Numbered from the stretch's first letter, positions 1 through 13,626 are shown. The stretch is 64,000 nucleotides of DNA from Eledone cirrhosa (GCA_964016885.1 OZ024743.1:170190001-170254000), one strand, 5' to 3'. Notes: generated by a model not told the origin, from the letters alone. Translations and numbers: made by a program.

Positions 1-244
1 AAATGATACCCGATGGGAGTGGTGGTAGCACAGTAGGTTTGACGAGTGATTTGCTAATTTGGGTGTGTGCTTGTGTCTTCATATTTAAGGTCCATTTTTC
101 CCAGTCATAGCATCAGCTATCTAATGAATCATTGTGCAGTCAGTGGTTAAATATCTTGCATGGGTAAACTAAAATTATCATGTTCTGAAGATAGACTGCT
201 CAGGTAACTGCGACTTGCTTATACGTCCCATTTTGGCATGGCTT

Positions 245-3200
245 CATCATCATTTTACGTCTGCTTTTCTCTGCTTGCGAGGGTAGGACAGATCCTATTC
301 AGCACATCATCTCTCCATTTGTGACGGTTCTTCGTCATCTCCTCCATGAGCTTCAGCAATCTGGAGTCAGTTCTCACCACTTCCGCCCATGTTTTTCGTG
401 GTCTTCCTCTACTGCGACTTCCTTCTACTGGGATTTCTTGGAACTTCTTTACCCAGCGGTCATCCTCCATGTGCATTACATGTCCATACCAACGCAGTCT
501 TCTCTCCCGCACACCACAACTTATCCCTCTTATAAACAGTTTCTCTCTCAACTTGTCTATGCTTCGTTGTTCATGCACATTGAACTTGCACATCCAATGG
601 AACATGCTTCCTTCATTTCTCTCCAGCCATCGCATATCCTCTGCAGTTACTGCCCATGTCTCACTACCATGCAGCATTGCACATCTCACACAGGCATCAT
701 ATAACCAGCCTTTCGTTCATAGGGAGAAACCCTTCTTTGTCAACAGAGGATGCAGCTTCCTAAACTTCTTCCAACTCGTCCTTATTCTAGATACTATGGC
801 CGCGGAACACCCTCCTCCCTTGCTAATCTGATCACCTCTATAGATCCTACCTGCATTTGAAAAATGTGTCTATCACTGCGACTTCTACTGCCAACTTTCC
901 CTGTACATCTACTGCATATGTAGTTTTCTCTACCTGTTAGTTTGCCTGCTATCCCACTATATCTCTTGTGCACCCAAGATATGAATTGTCTACATTTTAT
1001 AGAATTTATGCCAACTCCTTTTCTACATATCGAACATGGCCATTTCCCTGATGGGATCAGAGTTTTGTCCTCTTTCCTACTTATAAACACTTTAGTCTTA
1101 GCTAGATTCACTCTCAGTCCTCTTAATTCCAACTGCTGTTTCCATAGCCAGAATTCATTCTCTAGTTCCTCTACTGATTCTGCTATAAGTACCAGATCGT
1201 CAGCATAGAGAAGTTCCCATGGGCATCCAGTCTTAAACTCCTCTGTTATGGCTTGGAGGACTATATTGAACAAAAGCGGCTGAGGACCAAACCCTGATGT
1301 ACTCCTACTTGTATCTGGAATTCCTCACTAAACTCCATTCCTATTCTCGTTTTACTAACAGCACCCCTGTACATAGCTTGCATTGTCCTCTACACCTAGT
1401 TTCATTAGGGACCACCAGATGACAGATCGGGGTACCCTATCAAAGGCCTTCTCTAGGTCAACAAAAGCTAAGTATAGTGGCTTAGTCTTCTCTAAGAACC
1501 TGTCTTGTAGTTGTTTCACTAAGAAGAGGGCATCTGTTGTACTTCTCCCAGGCACAAATCCAAACTGCATCTCATCTAGTTTGACCCTTTCTCTAATTAG
1601 TTGTGCTAGTATTCTTTCTGCCACTTTCAGTTTTATGCCCCTATAATTTCTCCTCTCCAGAGCATCCCCTTTACCTTTGTAGCAATTTATAAGAATACTG
1701 CTGCACCAGTCTTTGAGTATGACTCCGCCATATATAGCTTGATTGATGATGCATGCAACCAGTTTAGTGCCTACATCCTCTGATGCCTTCAGCATCTCAG
1801 CAGCTATTCCCGATGGTCCAGCAGCCTTACCATTTTTCATTTCCTTAATCGCCTCTTTGACCCTATAGTCGTCAATCTCAATAGCTGGTCCCTCTGTCGG
1901 ATCTACTGGAGGTAGTTTCTCTCTTTCTCATTCGTTCTCCACATTCATCACTCTCTCATAATGACTTTTCCAGGCCTCCTTTTTCTGATCATTAGTGACA
2001 CTAAGTACACCAGCATCATTTTGGACACACTTATCTCCAACAACATCCTGATTTACACTGACACACTGCCTTGCAATGCGGAACACCACATATCACTGAT
2101 CTTCTCGTCGCAGAACATTGGCAAACCTCCTACTCTCAGCTTCCTGCGTGCTAAGTACACCTGATGTCTCGCTTTTCTTTTAGCGGCTGTGTATCAGTCT
2201 CTACTCCCACCATTTTCCCAAGCTTTCCATGTTATTCTTTTGTCTTTAATGGCCCTATCTACCATGCTGTTCCACCACCAGGTCACCCTCTGTCTGGTTG
2301 GAGGTATGTTATCTATGTCATACGAATCTAACCCGTCTTCTTTTTCGTCGTACTCATCTTAAAGGGTTTTCCTAAATTTTTATTTTAGTGAAAGGTCTTT
2401 TAGCTTCCAGACCTTCCTTTTCCACACCTTCCTGTATGTCATTTTGTCTCTTGCTTATTGAGATGTCACTAACGATTAATCTATACTGGGGGGTACATTC
2501 TTCCCTGAGGTATGCCTTAGTATTTGACACCACATGTCTGTCTCATTGCCTAAACTAGCAAGAAGTCAATCTGGCTTATGTGCTCACTTGATTGGTAGGT
2601 TATTAAGTGGTTGGTAGGTTTCTTGAAGTCAGTGTTACAAATGGTTTGTTCACTTGCATAACAAAATTCAAGAAGTCTTACTCCTTTGTTTCTTGAGCCA
2701 TAACCATGACCTCCATGTACCCCAGTGTATCCATCCTGGAGCTGTCCAACATGACCATTGAAGTCCCCTGCTAGTATAACGATGTCTCTGTCCTCTGTCA
2801 TTGTGATTGTTTCTAGAAGTTGCTCGTAAAAGCAGTTCTTCTCTTCTTTACCTAGGCCCGTCTGGGGAGCATAGGTAAAGATAATTGTCAGCAGTCTCTT
2901 GCTTACAACTATTCTAATCTTAATTATTCTATTACTGACTCTAACTACCTCTATTGTCTTATTGTACCACCTCTCAGCCAGTAAAATACCTACCCCACCT
3001 AACCCATCATCATTTCCTACCCAGAAAAGCTTATAGCTAAGATGTTTGCCTGCGATTAGTCTTGCTGAGGCACATCTCCTTCTCATCTCTTGCATACAGC
3101 ACACATCCACATGTCTTCTCTCTAGCATCTATGCTATCTCCCCAGATCTACCTGTCAGGGTGTCAACATTAAGTGTGGAAACCCTGAGATGCGACGTCTT

Positions 3201-3330
3201 TCGTTGTTTCTTCCTTTTCTGTAAAGAAAAATGGTTTATAATCATGTTGTGTGATTGCTTGATGACGGTTAGGAGGTTCTCACACATGGCCGCACTAGCC
3301 ACCCCACTACCGTACACAACCCTAACATAG
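245..3330 (-). mobile_element. RTE-clade non-LTR retrotransposon, near full-length ORF, decayed
   Basis: Minus-strand ORF pieces give APE endonuclease (VCCMQE, YAPQTG, LAGDFNGHVG, SQIDFLL; 2550-3128), RT (QFGFVPGRST, FVDLEKAFDRV, LLYADDLVL; 794-1840) and the RTE C-terminus (RLRWYGHV, RGRPRKTW; 255-689). The (ATG)n-type tail reads catcatcat at 245. Multiple stops and frameshifts; the 5' boundary is approximate. Confidence 0.93.
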
Positions 3331-5494
3331 TTAGTGTTATTGCTATTCACGCAGTTACTGCGATATATATTTGTTGTTGTGCTCATAATTTTTTTGGCAT
3401 TAATACACTGGTTGGATGCCCTTCCTAACATCAGCACCACTTTACAGTATGGACTGGGTGCTTTTATTCATACCACCAGCACTAGAGAAGTTGTCTTACT
3501 GGACTCAGGGCCCTCACCACCCCATACTTTAGCATGGTTTTTAATAGCTAAATGCTACTACCATTACCTCCATTTTACAGCCTTGGCCTGGACCAGGTGC
3601 TTTTATTCGTGCCACCAGCACTAGAGAAGTCGTTTTACTGGACTTAGGGGACTTCTCTACCCCGCACCAATTTATTTGGAGTGGTAGCTCTCCTAGACGG
3701 GTTGCCTACACTACAGCTTACAGAGCCTACGTCCGCCCCATGTCTGCTCTGAGCGGAACTGGGTTTAAGGTGCTATATGCACAAGGAAGTGGTTAGCATA
3801 CAGCATCAGGCATGTATACCGGAGGTGGAGTGGGCGGTTGGGAGAGGGAATGGTGATCTCCTAACACATCTTTTTATCATACACAAATATCGCCATCCTA
3901 TATAAGAAATTACGTATATATATATATATATGCACACACATACATACATCATCATCATCATCATCATCACCATAACACTCATATATATATATACAGCTAT
4001 ATATAATCATACACATCAATAATATATATATATATGAACATCCAAAGAAATCAGGAAATTGAAAATGTAACATTTATCTTTGCTCTGCCTTCCACACTAA
4101 TGCCCGCTTTTTTTAAACTCGCATCTCAGCATTGCTAGGAAATGGTTTATAAAGCTAAACACCTTACCATCTGACAGGGTAGGCTGGGTGCATTTACAAT
4201 GGCACCAACATTGCCATTTTTGACATTAGCGCACTCACTGAATCCTCAACCAGGCTAGGGACGCAGCAATAGGGAAGGGAGAGCAAGAGTGAGAGGCTAT
4301 AATTTGCTTGCCAAAGGAAAGAAGGACATGGAAAGGTTGCCTTAAAAGTGATATCTGTTGATACCTTCTCCCTTATCATCTTTCATCCATCCCATCAATC
4401 GCTCCTATATATGGGGCATACTCCATTCACTTTGTTTTCAATTTTGTCCTGGCTCCTTTGTATACTCTGATCCTGTCTCCTTGATTGTATCTGAAGAACT
4501 ACATGTGGTGGATGAAGTGTTGTGTGCATCTCTAATTCCTTAGGATCGCACATGTGGGTCACGTTCTTCATTTTCCTTACTAGGTTCACTGTTAAGATTT
4601 TAATCTTTATATTGTCTGAAACGGTTGAGTTCAGTGAATCAGATATTTCAATGCTATTTAGTTATGGCCATCCATGGAGGGAACATCTTTTATCATAGGT
4701 CTTCTCAATTAGCACTGACCTTGGGTTAAGCAGCAGCAGCAGCAATTCATTTTACATTGTTGGATCTTCCAATATATGTGTAGCATGGTCAGATGGTTAA
4801 AAGTTTTGTTTGACAAACCTGGGTATGGTGGATACCTTGGTGGGCAAATATTTTTTTAAAATCATATTCTTCAACTCTACTCAAGATTTTTGTGTGAAAT
4901 TGGATAGACCAAAACTGTGTGGAAACTTGTCAAGAAAACTGATTTTATGTACGTTTTGAGAACCAGCACACTTTTACATGTGTGTGATTGCATGGACATA
5001 AACACATTATCTACACCAATACCCTACATAAATATATACAGACATACATTACACACATGTATGGGTGTGGGATCTATATAACTCTATACAGTAAATGGAT
5101 CCTTTATTTTGACAATGAGAAATTCATTCCACCGACATAACCTCAGAAATTCATTCCACATAACATAAACCTCAGAATGACACAATGTTGCAACACCTAC
5201 ATGACCACTTTACAGTGTGGGCTGGGCGCTTTGGTGGTGAAACAGTAAGGTAGATGAGACAATTAAGGCAAAGAAACAGGCATGGAAAAAATGGATTAAT
5301 GGGGGGAAGTAGGGCACACTACCTGGAATCTAGGTGACAAGTATACTTTGCAGGGAGGGAAACATAAGCTTAATTAAAAAAAAGAAATTTCAAAAATTTC
5401 ATAAAATGAATATTTGATACTTTTCTCATTTTTATTTTTTTTTGTGTCCAGTAAATGTTGTGTAGTGACTATTATGCATGCCAGTGGCTTTATT

Positions 5495-6207
5495 GTATAC
5501 TAACAGTGGTACCCGGCGTTGCACGGGATAAGGTATTGTGAAATATATAACCGCCTTAGTAAGCTTAGTATTGCCACAACCACGGCTGGCAAAGAAGTAA
5601 GGGTCTGGTGGTACGTAAGTAAGCAAACTGTGGCTTAAAACGTGAGGAAGAAGTTGTGTGCACTTACCAACTGTTTGGGGAATGAGTGTGAGATTTGTCT
5701 TGAGCAAGGGTGGCAAAATAACCGGAGGTTGTAGACAGCCAGACATACAGACAGATATTATAAGGACGTGTTCTGGATGCAGAGCGAATTGTAGGAAGTA
5801 ACGTAATGCAGACAGCCAGACATACAGACAGATATTATAAGGACGTGTTCTGGACGCAGAGCGAATTGTAGGAAGTAACGTAATGCAGACAGCCAGACAT
5901 ACAGACAGATATTATAAGGGTGCTGCGTTATATGTATCTATCTAAAAAGAGAAAGACTAAGAATTATAGAGAGAGATCGCTAAATCGCCTAATGCGGTCC
6001 CTAGGGCATTGCAAATTTGAAATTTCTTTGGCTCAGAACACTTCCTGAAACATAAGTATTACATGTGTAAAGTTTGAAAACAGTCGGTTGGGTGGTTCTC
6101 TAGTTTTAGGGATTCAAACTCACACACACAGACAGACATCCTCAGTTTTATATATATATACTAGCAGAAAACCACCCGGTGGGCGGTTTTCTGCTAGCAA
6201 ATCTAGT
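5495..6207 (+). mobile_element. Non-autonomous Helitron-like element
   Basis: Starts atactaacagtggtacccggcgttgcacggg and contains an acagacagacat tract. It ends in a 17-bp hairpin ctagcagaaaaccaccc-ggt-gggcggttttctgctag (6161-6197) followed by CTAGT. This layout resembles invertebrate non-autonomous Helitrons. Confidence 0.55.
5733..5919. repeat. 77-bp tandem repeat, about 2.4 copies
   Basis: agacagccagacatacagacagatattataagg starts at 5733, 5810 and 5887. Confidence 0.9.
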
Positions 6208-6995
6208 GTATATACTGATATTGTTGAGATTTGGATGAGAAATGTTTTCGGCACCACATGTTCACCGTCTCTCGGTGTGTCTTTTATGCATGTATAAATA
6301 TATATGTTATCTATACGGTGAAATCTTTGAAATAAATATATGTTAAAACGAAAAAGGAGAAAATAAATAACTGGCGGTTAGAAAAAAATATTCCTATGAA
6401 ATTTTAATCATACCATTAGGTGTGAATAAGGAAATATTTTTTTATTGTCAAAACAAATGTTCAAAAGTTAAACTTCAATTTTTTTAATTATTTCCAATTT
6501 TTTCATGAAATTGAACACTGGACATTGGCTGCTGGAAATGGAAATTAAATCGTATTTAATTGTATTTAAATTTCTAACCTTATTTTATTATTTATATTTT
6601 TTCAATAAGAAATAAAAAAAAAACAACAAAAAAAATTGAAGAAAAAAATTGAACAAATCAAACGTAGGTTATGGAACTGCGCAATCTGATTAATAAATTA
6701 CCTCATCATCAGCAACCTTCTTCAAATGGTCCTTATTATCAGCAGCAACAACCACAAATTCAATGGCAACCTTCTTCGCATGGTGTCAAGTCAGAACCGC
6801 CTCGAACTGGTTAGCTCTGGCTTGTGCAAGGTGTCTCTATAGCAACCAGCGATTCCCTCGGCCTCAGTGACCAAAGTCAGTGGAGAGGGAAAGTAATGTT
6901 TCTATAGCGACAGTGTTTCTCTTGGTAGTACCAAAGTGGAGAAAGGAAGGGGAAGGTAATATTTCTGTAGCACCTACATTTGAGTTTTAGGGAAG

Positions 6996-7029
<34 letters not shown>

Positions 7030-7044
7030 GAAATGCCCATATAT

Positions 7045-7084
<40 letters not shown>

Positions 7085-7088
<4 letters not shown>

Positions 7089-7114
7089 CACACACAGAAA
7101 TGTATATATATTTC

Positions 7115-7149
<35 letters not shown>

Positions 7150-7397
7150 ATGAGAGGTATAGAGATTGTTTTAGCAAGAAGCTAACGGCATTCTATAACA
7201 TATATATATATATTACACACACAGAAATGTATATATATTTCTGTGTGTATATATATATATATTACACACACAGAAATGTATATATATTTCTGTGTGTATA
7301 TATATATATATATATTACACACACAGAAATGTATATATATTTCTGTGTGTGTATATATATATATATATTACACACACAGAAATGTATATATATTTCT
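7085..7397. repeat. Palindromic minisatellite in a TA tract
   Basis: The unit acacacacagaaatgtatatatatttctgtgtgt recurs about 5 times, separated by (TA)n. Confidence 0.8.
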
Positions 7398-7500
7398 TAG
7401 AACAAAATTATTATTAATGTTTTGCTGTTCATAACAATTGGAATTGAAAAATTACTTTTGAAATTATTAGTTATTTATGTAAAAATGAAGCAATGTTTCT

Positions 7501-7694
7501 AATAATTGTTTCTACTTTTGGCACAAGGCCAGCAAATATCCAGTACATTACTGGTACTTTATTTTATCGACCCCGTGAGGATGAAAGGCAAAGTTAACCT
7601 CGGCGGTATTTGAACTCAGGCCGTAAAGGGACGTAACTCCATGCTATGAAGCATGGTGTCCGACTCTCTACAGATTCTGCCAATCCACCGCCCT
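7501..7694 (-). mobile_element. tRNA-derived SINE (family 1)
   Basis: Minus strand has A-box-like TGGCAGAATCTGTAG and B-box GAGTTCAAATACC, then GCCTTTCATCCTCACGGGGTCGATAAAATAAAGTACCAGT. Further copies occur in this window. Confidence 0.85.
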
Positions 7695-8938
7695 AATGTC
7701 TGTACGTAATGAGGGAGTGAGAGGGGAGAGAAAGAAAGGCAGAGGTGAAGTGACGAAGTGACTCTCTCCTTCTCCTCCATCTCCCCATTCGTCACAGCGA
7801 TAGAGGGGAGGAATGTTAGTGTGTTACAAAGAGAAAGAGTGAGAGTGAGAGAAACAGACAGACTAAAAGAGAGGGATAGCTGGAGAGAGAGAGAGATAGC
7901 AACCACGCGCGCACGTGTTTCCACTGTCGGACAGACAGACAGAGAAATTGCTGGTTATATATTATAAGGAGATAACATGAGTTGTGAAGAGAGTTTCTGA
8001 AAGGAATTTTACTATAGGAATGAGGGCAGTACAGAGTTTCTTGGTTTAGGTTCTTCCTTCCTTTATCTGAATGCGTAGTCTACAATATATGTAAATATTT
8101 TCTTGCATAACAGAAAACTGCCCCCCGCCCTTGGGTGGGTTCTATCTACTCTCAGAATTGCCATTCTTTCTCATAAGGCTTTGGTCAGAAAGGTTGGGAG
8201 AAATTTTGATTGTTTTAGGCTCTCTGCGTGAGAGGTGTTCCTCCCCAAAATTTATGGTAGGTGAGAGTTTGGGGTGGGGGTGATTAGAGGGGGGCATTAG
8301 GTATTTATTGGCAAGATGGTGGACCATGGACCAATTTAATAGCTTTAGTGTAGGTCCTAATTGGGAATGGCAGATATATAAGAAGTCTCAGTTTCATTCA
8401 GTTTGTTATAACACCAGATATTGTCTGGTGTGTGTGTGTGTGGGGGGGGGGCTTACTGCTTACCTCACATTAGCTGTGGTGGTGGCGGCTGTTACTGCTT
8501 ACCTCACTTAAGTGGTGGTAGTGGGGGGGGGGGGGGGGGGGGGCTGTTACTGCAAAAGTCTATTTGATATATTAGGGAGCTCCTTGCACACTTGTAAAAT
8601 ATTTGGGATCTTCCTTTACAGAAGGGTTGAAAGCTGTGGTGAGTGATGGTAAGGCTGGGTATTGGCGTGATAGTAATAGTGGTGACAGTGAAGTTAGCAT
8701 GGAAGGGGGGGGGGTATGTTGATGTTGTTGGTGGTGTAGTGATAATGATGATCTGACCAGAAAAGAAGGCGGCAGGGCCTACAATTTTCAAGAGACCTAT
8801 TCACCTTAACTTCTAGTTCTTTTATTTAATTGTTCCTTGTAAGTACATCATGTACACTCCTTGTTCATCTACACACGCACGCTCGCACATGTAATCCGTG
8901 CATAAATTGTGTTTAGCCTTGGTTACTAAATCACATAA

Positions 8939-9068
8939 GCTGGACCCATTACCAGCTTTAAGAGGCCTACATTTCACATCTGACTTGGGACCATTTACCA
9001 GCTTTGAGAGGCCTACATTTCACATCTAACCTAGGCCCATTTTTATTGAGAAGCCTACATTTTACATG
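8939..9068. repeat. Degenerate tandem repeat of about 47 bp, 3 copies
   Basis: gaggcctacatttcacatct-like motif recurs three times. Confidence 0.7.
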
Positions 9069-11008
9069 ACCCCCCCCCCCCCAAACTCCGGTTATCAGTA
9101 TTGAGAGTGCCTGATAATGGTGATGATAGTGGTGTAGATGTTGGTGATAGTGATAATGGTAATGGTGGTGGTTGTGGATGAGGGAGGGTAAAGAATGAGG
9201 ATAGCTTCCATATCAAGCAAACACTACATGTGTGTGTATTAGTGTATGACGTGTATGTTTGTTTTAATGTTTAGCCCCAGGTAAAAGCTAATCTAGCAGA
9301 ACTATGATCAAAAACATTCCAGCTATAACCATCCTGCTATATTCTAGAAATATCTGATAACGATTCCTTTTCCTTCTTCCAAAATTGGGGGCGTAATTTG
9401 ATGGAGGTTTGGCTGCTATTTTGACTGGGCAGAGCTACCACGTAGAGGTCTCTTTCATACATACGACTATAGGGTTTGATTTGAAGGAGATTTGGCTGTT
9501 ATTTCTAAACCATCAAGCTACCATGTAGAAACTCCTTCATTGGACTATCTATTATTCTAGCCGTGTGTATGAGTGCTTGTGTGTGTATCTGAAGACAGTT
9601 AACTGTATAGACACTAATTAACTGGGATGAGTGTTGATGTCGGTGGTGTAGAATTGGCATGATGATAGTGGCAATGATAGAAGCCAAGGTATGTAGTAGT
9701 AATATTAGTGGCGGTGGTGGTTGTGTCCGTGGCGTCAGGATGTTGCCATATCTGTGGCTATTTTGGTTGACCACCGTATGGCCTAAAGTAGTAGTAGTAG
9801 TAGTGGTGGAGTAGTAGGTGTAAATGTAAATATCTTACCTGTATTTCTCTATTCTTTCCTTCTTTCTCTCCCCTCCCCCTCTCTGATACAATGAATGACG
9901 CCGTATCTCGTTCCACACACAGTTCGGACAACCAACACCAACACTACCATTATCACCACACTTTGTTGCTTCTTTCCGCCTCCACCGTTGACACCACATG
10001 CAAGTCCGATCCTATCTGATCACACACTTTCTCCCCTCTCTCGCTTATCCTGTTTCTTTGACACACACACATACAAACACACACACTCTCTCTCTCGTCA
10101 ATGGATTCGATCTTTCGGCTTGTCTGTCACTCTTGTCTTCTTATATTGTGACTGAGTGTGTATGTGTGTGTCAGATCCAGAAGTGCCAGGACAACACTAA
10201 CAATAACAACGACAGTAATTAAATGATTCGCTGATGTAGGGATAGAGACAGTGTGTACGAGGCGTGGGGTGAGGAAAGAGTGAAGGAGGAAAGATAAAGA
10301 TTGTAGAGTTGAGAAAAGAAAGTAAAAAGAGATATATAGTGTGAAGGTGTAGAGAAAAAAAGAAATGAGAAAGAGAGAGGGGGAGGGGGAGACGGTGAGA
10401 AAAGTTAAGAAAGAAAAAGCTAGTGTAGAGGAGAAAAGAATACAGAAAGAAAGAAAGACAGAGAGTGGGGCGGTGTAGTGGATACAGTGAGAAGGGGGAA
10501 GAAAAAAAGGTAGATAGATATGAAGGCGGGTAGAAGACGATGAAGTAGAGAGGGAAAAAGAAAATATGTCAACAGCCGACAAGTGTGAATGGACACGCAC
10601 GCACACACATTTACACAAGCATACCTCTTTACACATAGACGCAAGCATTGACACTGTCACCACACACATATTTATATATACACATAAACACTCAAATAGC
10701 GACAATATCATATTCACCGCAGATGAAACATTGTCATTCTCGCCACAAACACACGTATACATATATAATATATACATAGACACATTGTCAGAAGGAAAAA
10801 CAGTTGTTAGTTTTCTTTACATGTTAATGGGGTCGTCTTGTCCGTCCCACGTCCGTTGTCCGCCTCACGATGACCGACTTGTGTTTTTACCTGGATAAAT
10901 CTTGGTTCATTCTCTGTACCAATACTTCTGTAGGTAGGAAAATCAAGGTAAGTCCGACGAAATTCTTTGCAAACACGACAAGTAATATATATATATACAT
11001 AAATATAT

Positions 11009-11120
11009 ATAGGAAAATGTTTGACCCCGACAGCAGAGCTCAAGCCGTTTTGACGACTATTTCCAGAAATAGCCGTTGAAACGGCTTGAGCTCTGCCGTC
11101 GGGGTCAAACATTTTCCTAT
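11009..11120. repeat. 112-bp near-perfect palindrome
   Basis: ataggaaaatgtttgaccccgacagcagagctcaagccgttttgacgactatttc-ca-gaaatagccgttgaaacggcttgagctctgccgtcggggtcaaacattttcctat; 4 differences between arms. Confidence 0.95.
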
Positions 11121-11196
11121 TACCCACTCTACTACCCTAAATATTGAGTACTCTGGTGCGTTATGGTCCATCTGGTTCCTTACCATTCTTCCTTCG

Positions 11197-11199
<3 letters not shown>
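11114..11199 (+). mobile_element. Penelope-like terminal fragment
   Basis: Near-identical to 59014-59099, which lies just downstream of a hammerhead motif. Both copies end in (TA)n. Confidence 0.6.
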
Positions 11200-11248
<49 letters not shown>

Positions 11249-12043
11249 ACTTATAGAAATAGTAGCCAAATCTCGCTCTATTTACGCACTCTATTACCCT
11301 CTTTGGAAGTGGATGATATATATAGTCAATTGAACTGCTAAAATTGATAGCCAAATCACCCTCAGTTCATACACCTTGCTGCCGTTGGAACTGGATAAAC
11401 ATTTAAACATGTAGTCCCAGATAGACAATGTCCAGAAGAATGGTGGGATGGTCAAGCTTAGAATGTTGTTTAATCAAAGGCCTGTCTGCTCTATCTGGGT
11501 GATACTTTGATAACTTTACTCGTTAGAAATAGCAACCAAATCTTCCTCAAATCATATACTCTTCAACCAAGAAGGATACGTTGGGCAAGTAGTCCCAGAT
11601 ACACGTTTACTGGCTTTGTCATTAGACTGCAGTCATGCTCGGGCACCGCCTTCAGTGGTTTAATCAACTGTATCAATCCCAGCTTTTATTTCAGTCTGGC
11701 ATTCAGTAATGCACTGGGTAATTGCTGGCCTTGTGCCTAAAGTAGAAACAATTATTTTAAAGTTAACGAGGTTAAATTTGCCTTTCATCCTTACGGGGTC
11801 GATAAAATAAAGCACCAGTAATGTACTGAGATAATTGCTGGCCTTGTGCGAAAAGTAGAAACAACTATTTTATTGACTTTTATTAATGAAGAATTAGATA
11901 AATGAAACAGGATGGTCACGACTGAAACGTTTTTGATAAAGTCTGCTTGATCAGTAATAACTACACGTTGGTAGTAAATGGTCTTAATAGTTTGTCATGA
12001 GGTAGAAAGGCATGAAGGCCTCACAATATATTTCTCGCTTCCC

Positions 12044-12080
<37 letters not shown>

Positions 12081-12084
12081 CACA

Positions 12085-12298
12085 TAATTGTTTCTACTTT
12101 TGGCACAAGGCCAGAAAATTACGCAGTACATTACTGGTACTATATATATGTACATAATTGTTTCTACTTTAGGCACAAGGCCAGCAATTACTCAGTGCAT
12201 TACTGGTACTTTATTTTATCGACCCCGTAAGGATGAAAGGCAAAGTCAACCTCGGCGAGATTTGAACTCAGATCGTAAAGGGACGTAACTATGCTGGA
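12085..12298 (-). mobile_element. tRNA-derived SINE family 1, partial, with duplicated 3' end
   Basis: Same sequence as 7501-7694; ataattgtttctactt..ggcacaaggccag occurs twice. Confidence 0.8.
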
Positions 12299-12500
12299 TA
12301 TATATATGTACATAATGTGTGTTTGTTTACACTGAAGTACGTACAAATCCCGGGTGTCTCAGAAACGAAACAACTTTTAATATAATATTGATGTTTCAAT
12401 GGTGCCTCACAAATGGGACAATCAGGGGGTTGTGATATGCATTTCTGTCGAAAACAAAGTATTATATATATATATCTGTCATTGTCCGTCAACTCCTTAT

Positions 12501-12558
<58 letters not shown>

Positions 12559-12831
12559 TAGGCCCCCTTCAGTCACGAATGACCATAGTTTTGCACCTAG
12601 AAAGTTTTCCTCCGAGGCACAAGCCTAGGCAAGGTGTGTTTCATGACTGTTACCCCTCTCCACGCCACCGATGTTGACCAAGAATGTCAATGGCCAATAC
12701 AGCTTCGCACCAGTGACGTCGCGCAACTAATTTCTACAGCTGAGTGAACTAGAGCAACGTAAAATACGCACGGTACGGGATTCAAACTCGCAACCTTACG
12801 ATTGTGAGCTCAATGTTCTAACGACTAGGCC
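12559..12831 (-). mobile_element. tRNA-derived SINE (family 2)
   Basis: Minus strand starts GGCCTAGTCGTTAGAACATTG..GAGTTTGAATCCC and shares CACTCAGCTGTAGAAAT-like sequence with the 13698 element. Confidence 0.7.
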
Positions 12832-12942
12832 TTCAACTTTGCCTTTCATCCTTACGGGGTCGATAAAATAAAGTACCAGTAATACACTGGAATAATTGCT
12901 GGCCTTGTGCCAGAAGTAGAAACAATTATATAATATATATAT

Positions 12943-13626
12943 ATTGTTATACTTTGGGAGGGTCATGTTTCCAATAAGAAACATACGCACTAGTCGATTT
13001 CACTTCAATTTATTATAAATTTCTGGTTGGTTGGTTGGTTCCACAACCGGATGGTTGTTCATATATTGTCAAAGTTCTTTCGTCACACATTCTGTGACCT
13101 CATCAGGTACTGGGATGCCTTTCTTTGTTTTGTGCCTCTCCTTTGTTCTGTCCTACGTCATCTTGTTTTTGTGTGTGTTTACACCATAAGGTTCATGCCT
13201 TTCTACCTCATTACAAACTATTAAGACCATTTACTACCAACGTGTAGTTATTACTGATCAAGCAGACTTTATCAAAAACGTTTCAGTCGTGACCATCCTG
13301 TTTCATTTATCTAATTCTTCATTAATAAAAGTCAATAAAATAATTGTTTCTACTTTTCGCACAAGGCCAGCAATTATCTCAGTGCATTATTGGTGCTTCT
13401 TTTTTATCTCATCAGTGACTGAATATTCTTTTCTTTGTTTTGTGCCTCTCCTTTGTTCTGTCCTACGCCATCTTGTGTGACAAAAGAACTTTGACAATAT
13501 ATGAACAACCATCCTGTTATGGCACCAACCAACCAACCAACCAGAAATTTATAATAAATTGGAGTGAAAGCAACTGGTGCGTGTGTTTCTTATTGGCAAC
13601 ATGACCCTCCCAAAGTATAACAATAT
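12943..13626. repeat. Inverted repeat of about 148 bp (arms ~12943-13090 and ~13474-13626)
   Basis: attgttatactttgggagggtcatg..ttggttggttgg..gtcaaagttctttcgtcacaca is mirrored by tgtgtgacaaaagaactttgac..ccaaccaacc..catgaccctcccaaagtataacaat. Confidence 0.9.

Larger units (their letters stand above)
11812..13398. repeat. Inverted repeat of about 205 bp (arms ~11812-12017 and ~13190-13398)
   Basis: gaagaattagataaatgaaacaggatggtcacgactgaaacg at ~11888 is the reverse complement of cgtttcagtcgtgaccatcctgtttcatttatctaattcttc at ~13280. Confidence 0.9.

Noticed and set aside
4194-4360. Possible LINE endonuclease remnant on the plus strand (DISALTESSTRL)
   Set aside because: Too short and decayed to support a call.
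6671-6814. 47-aa Q/P-rich ORF MELRNLINKLPHHQQ..
   Set aside because: Short and low-complexity, with no recognisable domain or convincing splice context.
10127-10898. 218-aa hydrophobic ORF and its neighbours
   Set aside because: Derived from GA- and CA-rich low-complexity sequence.
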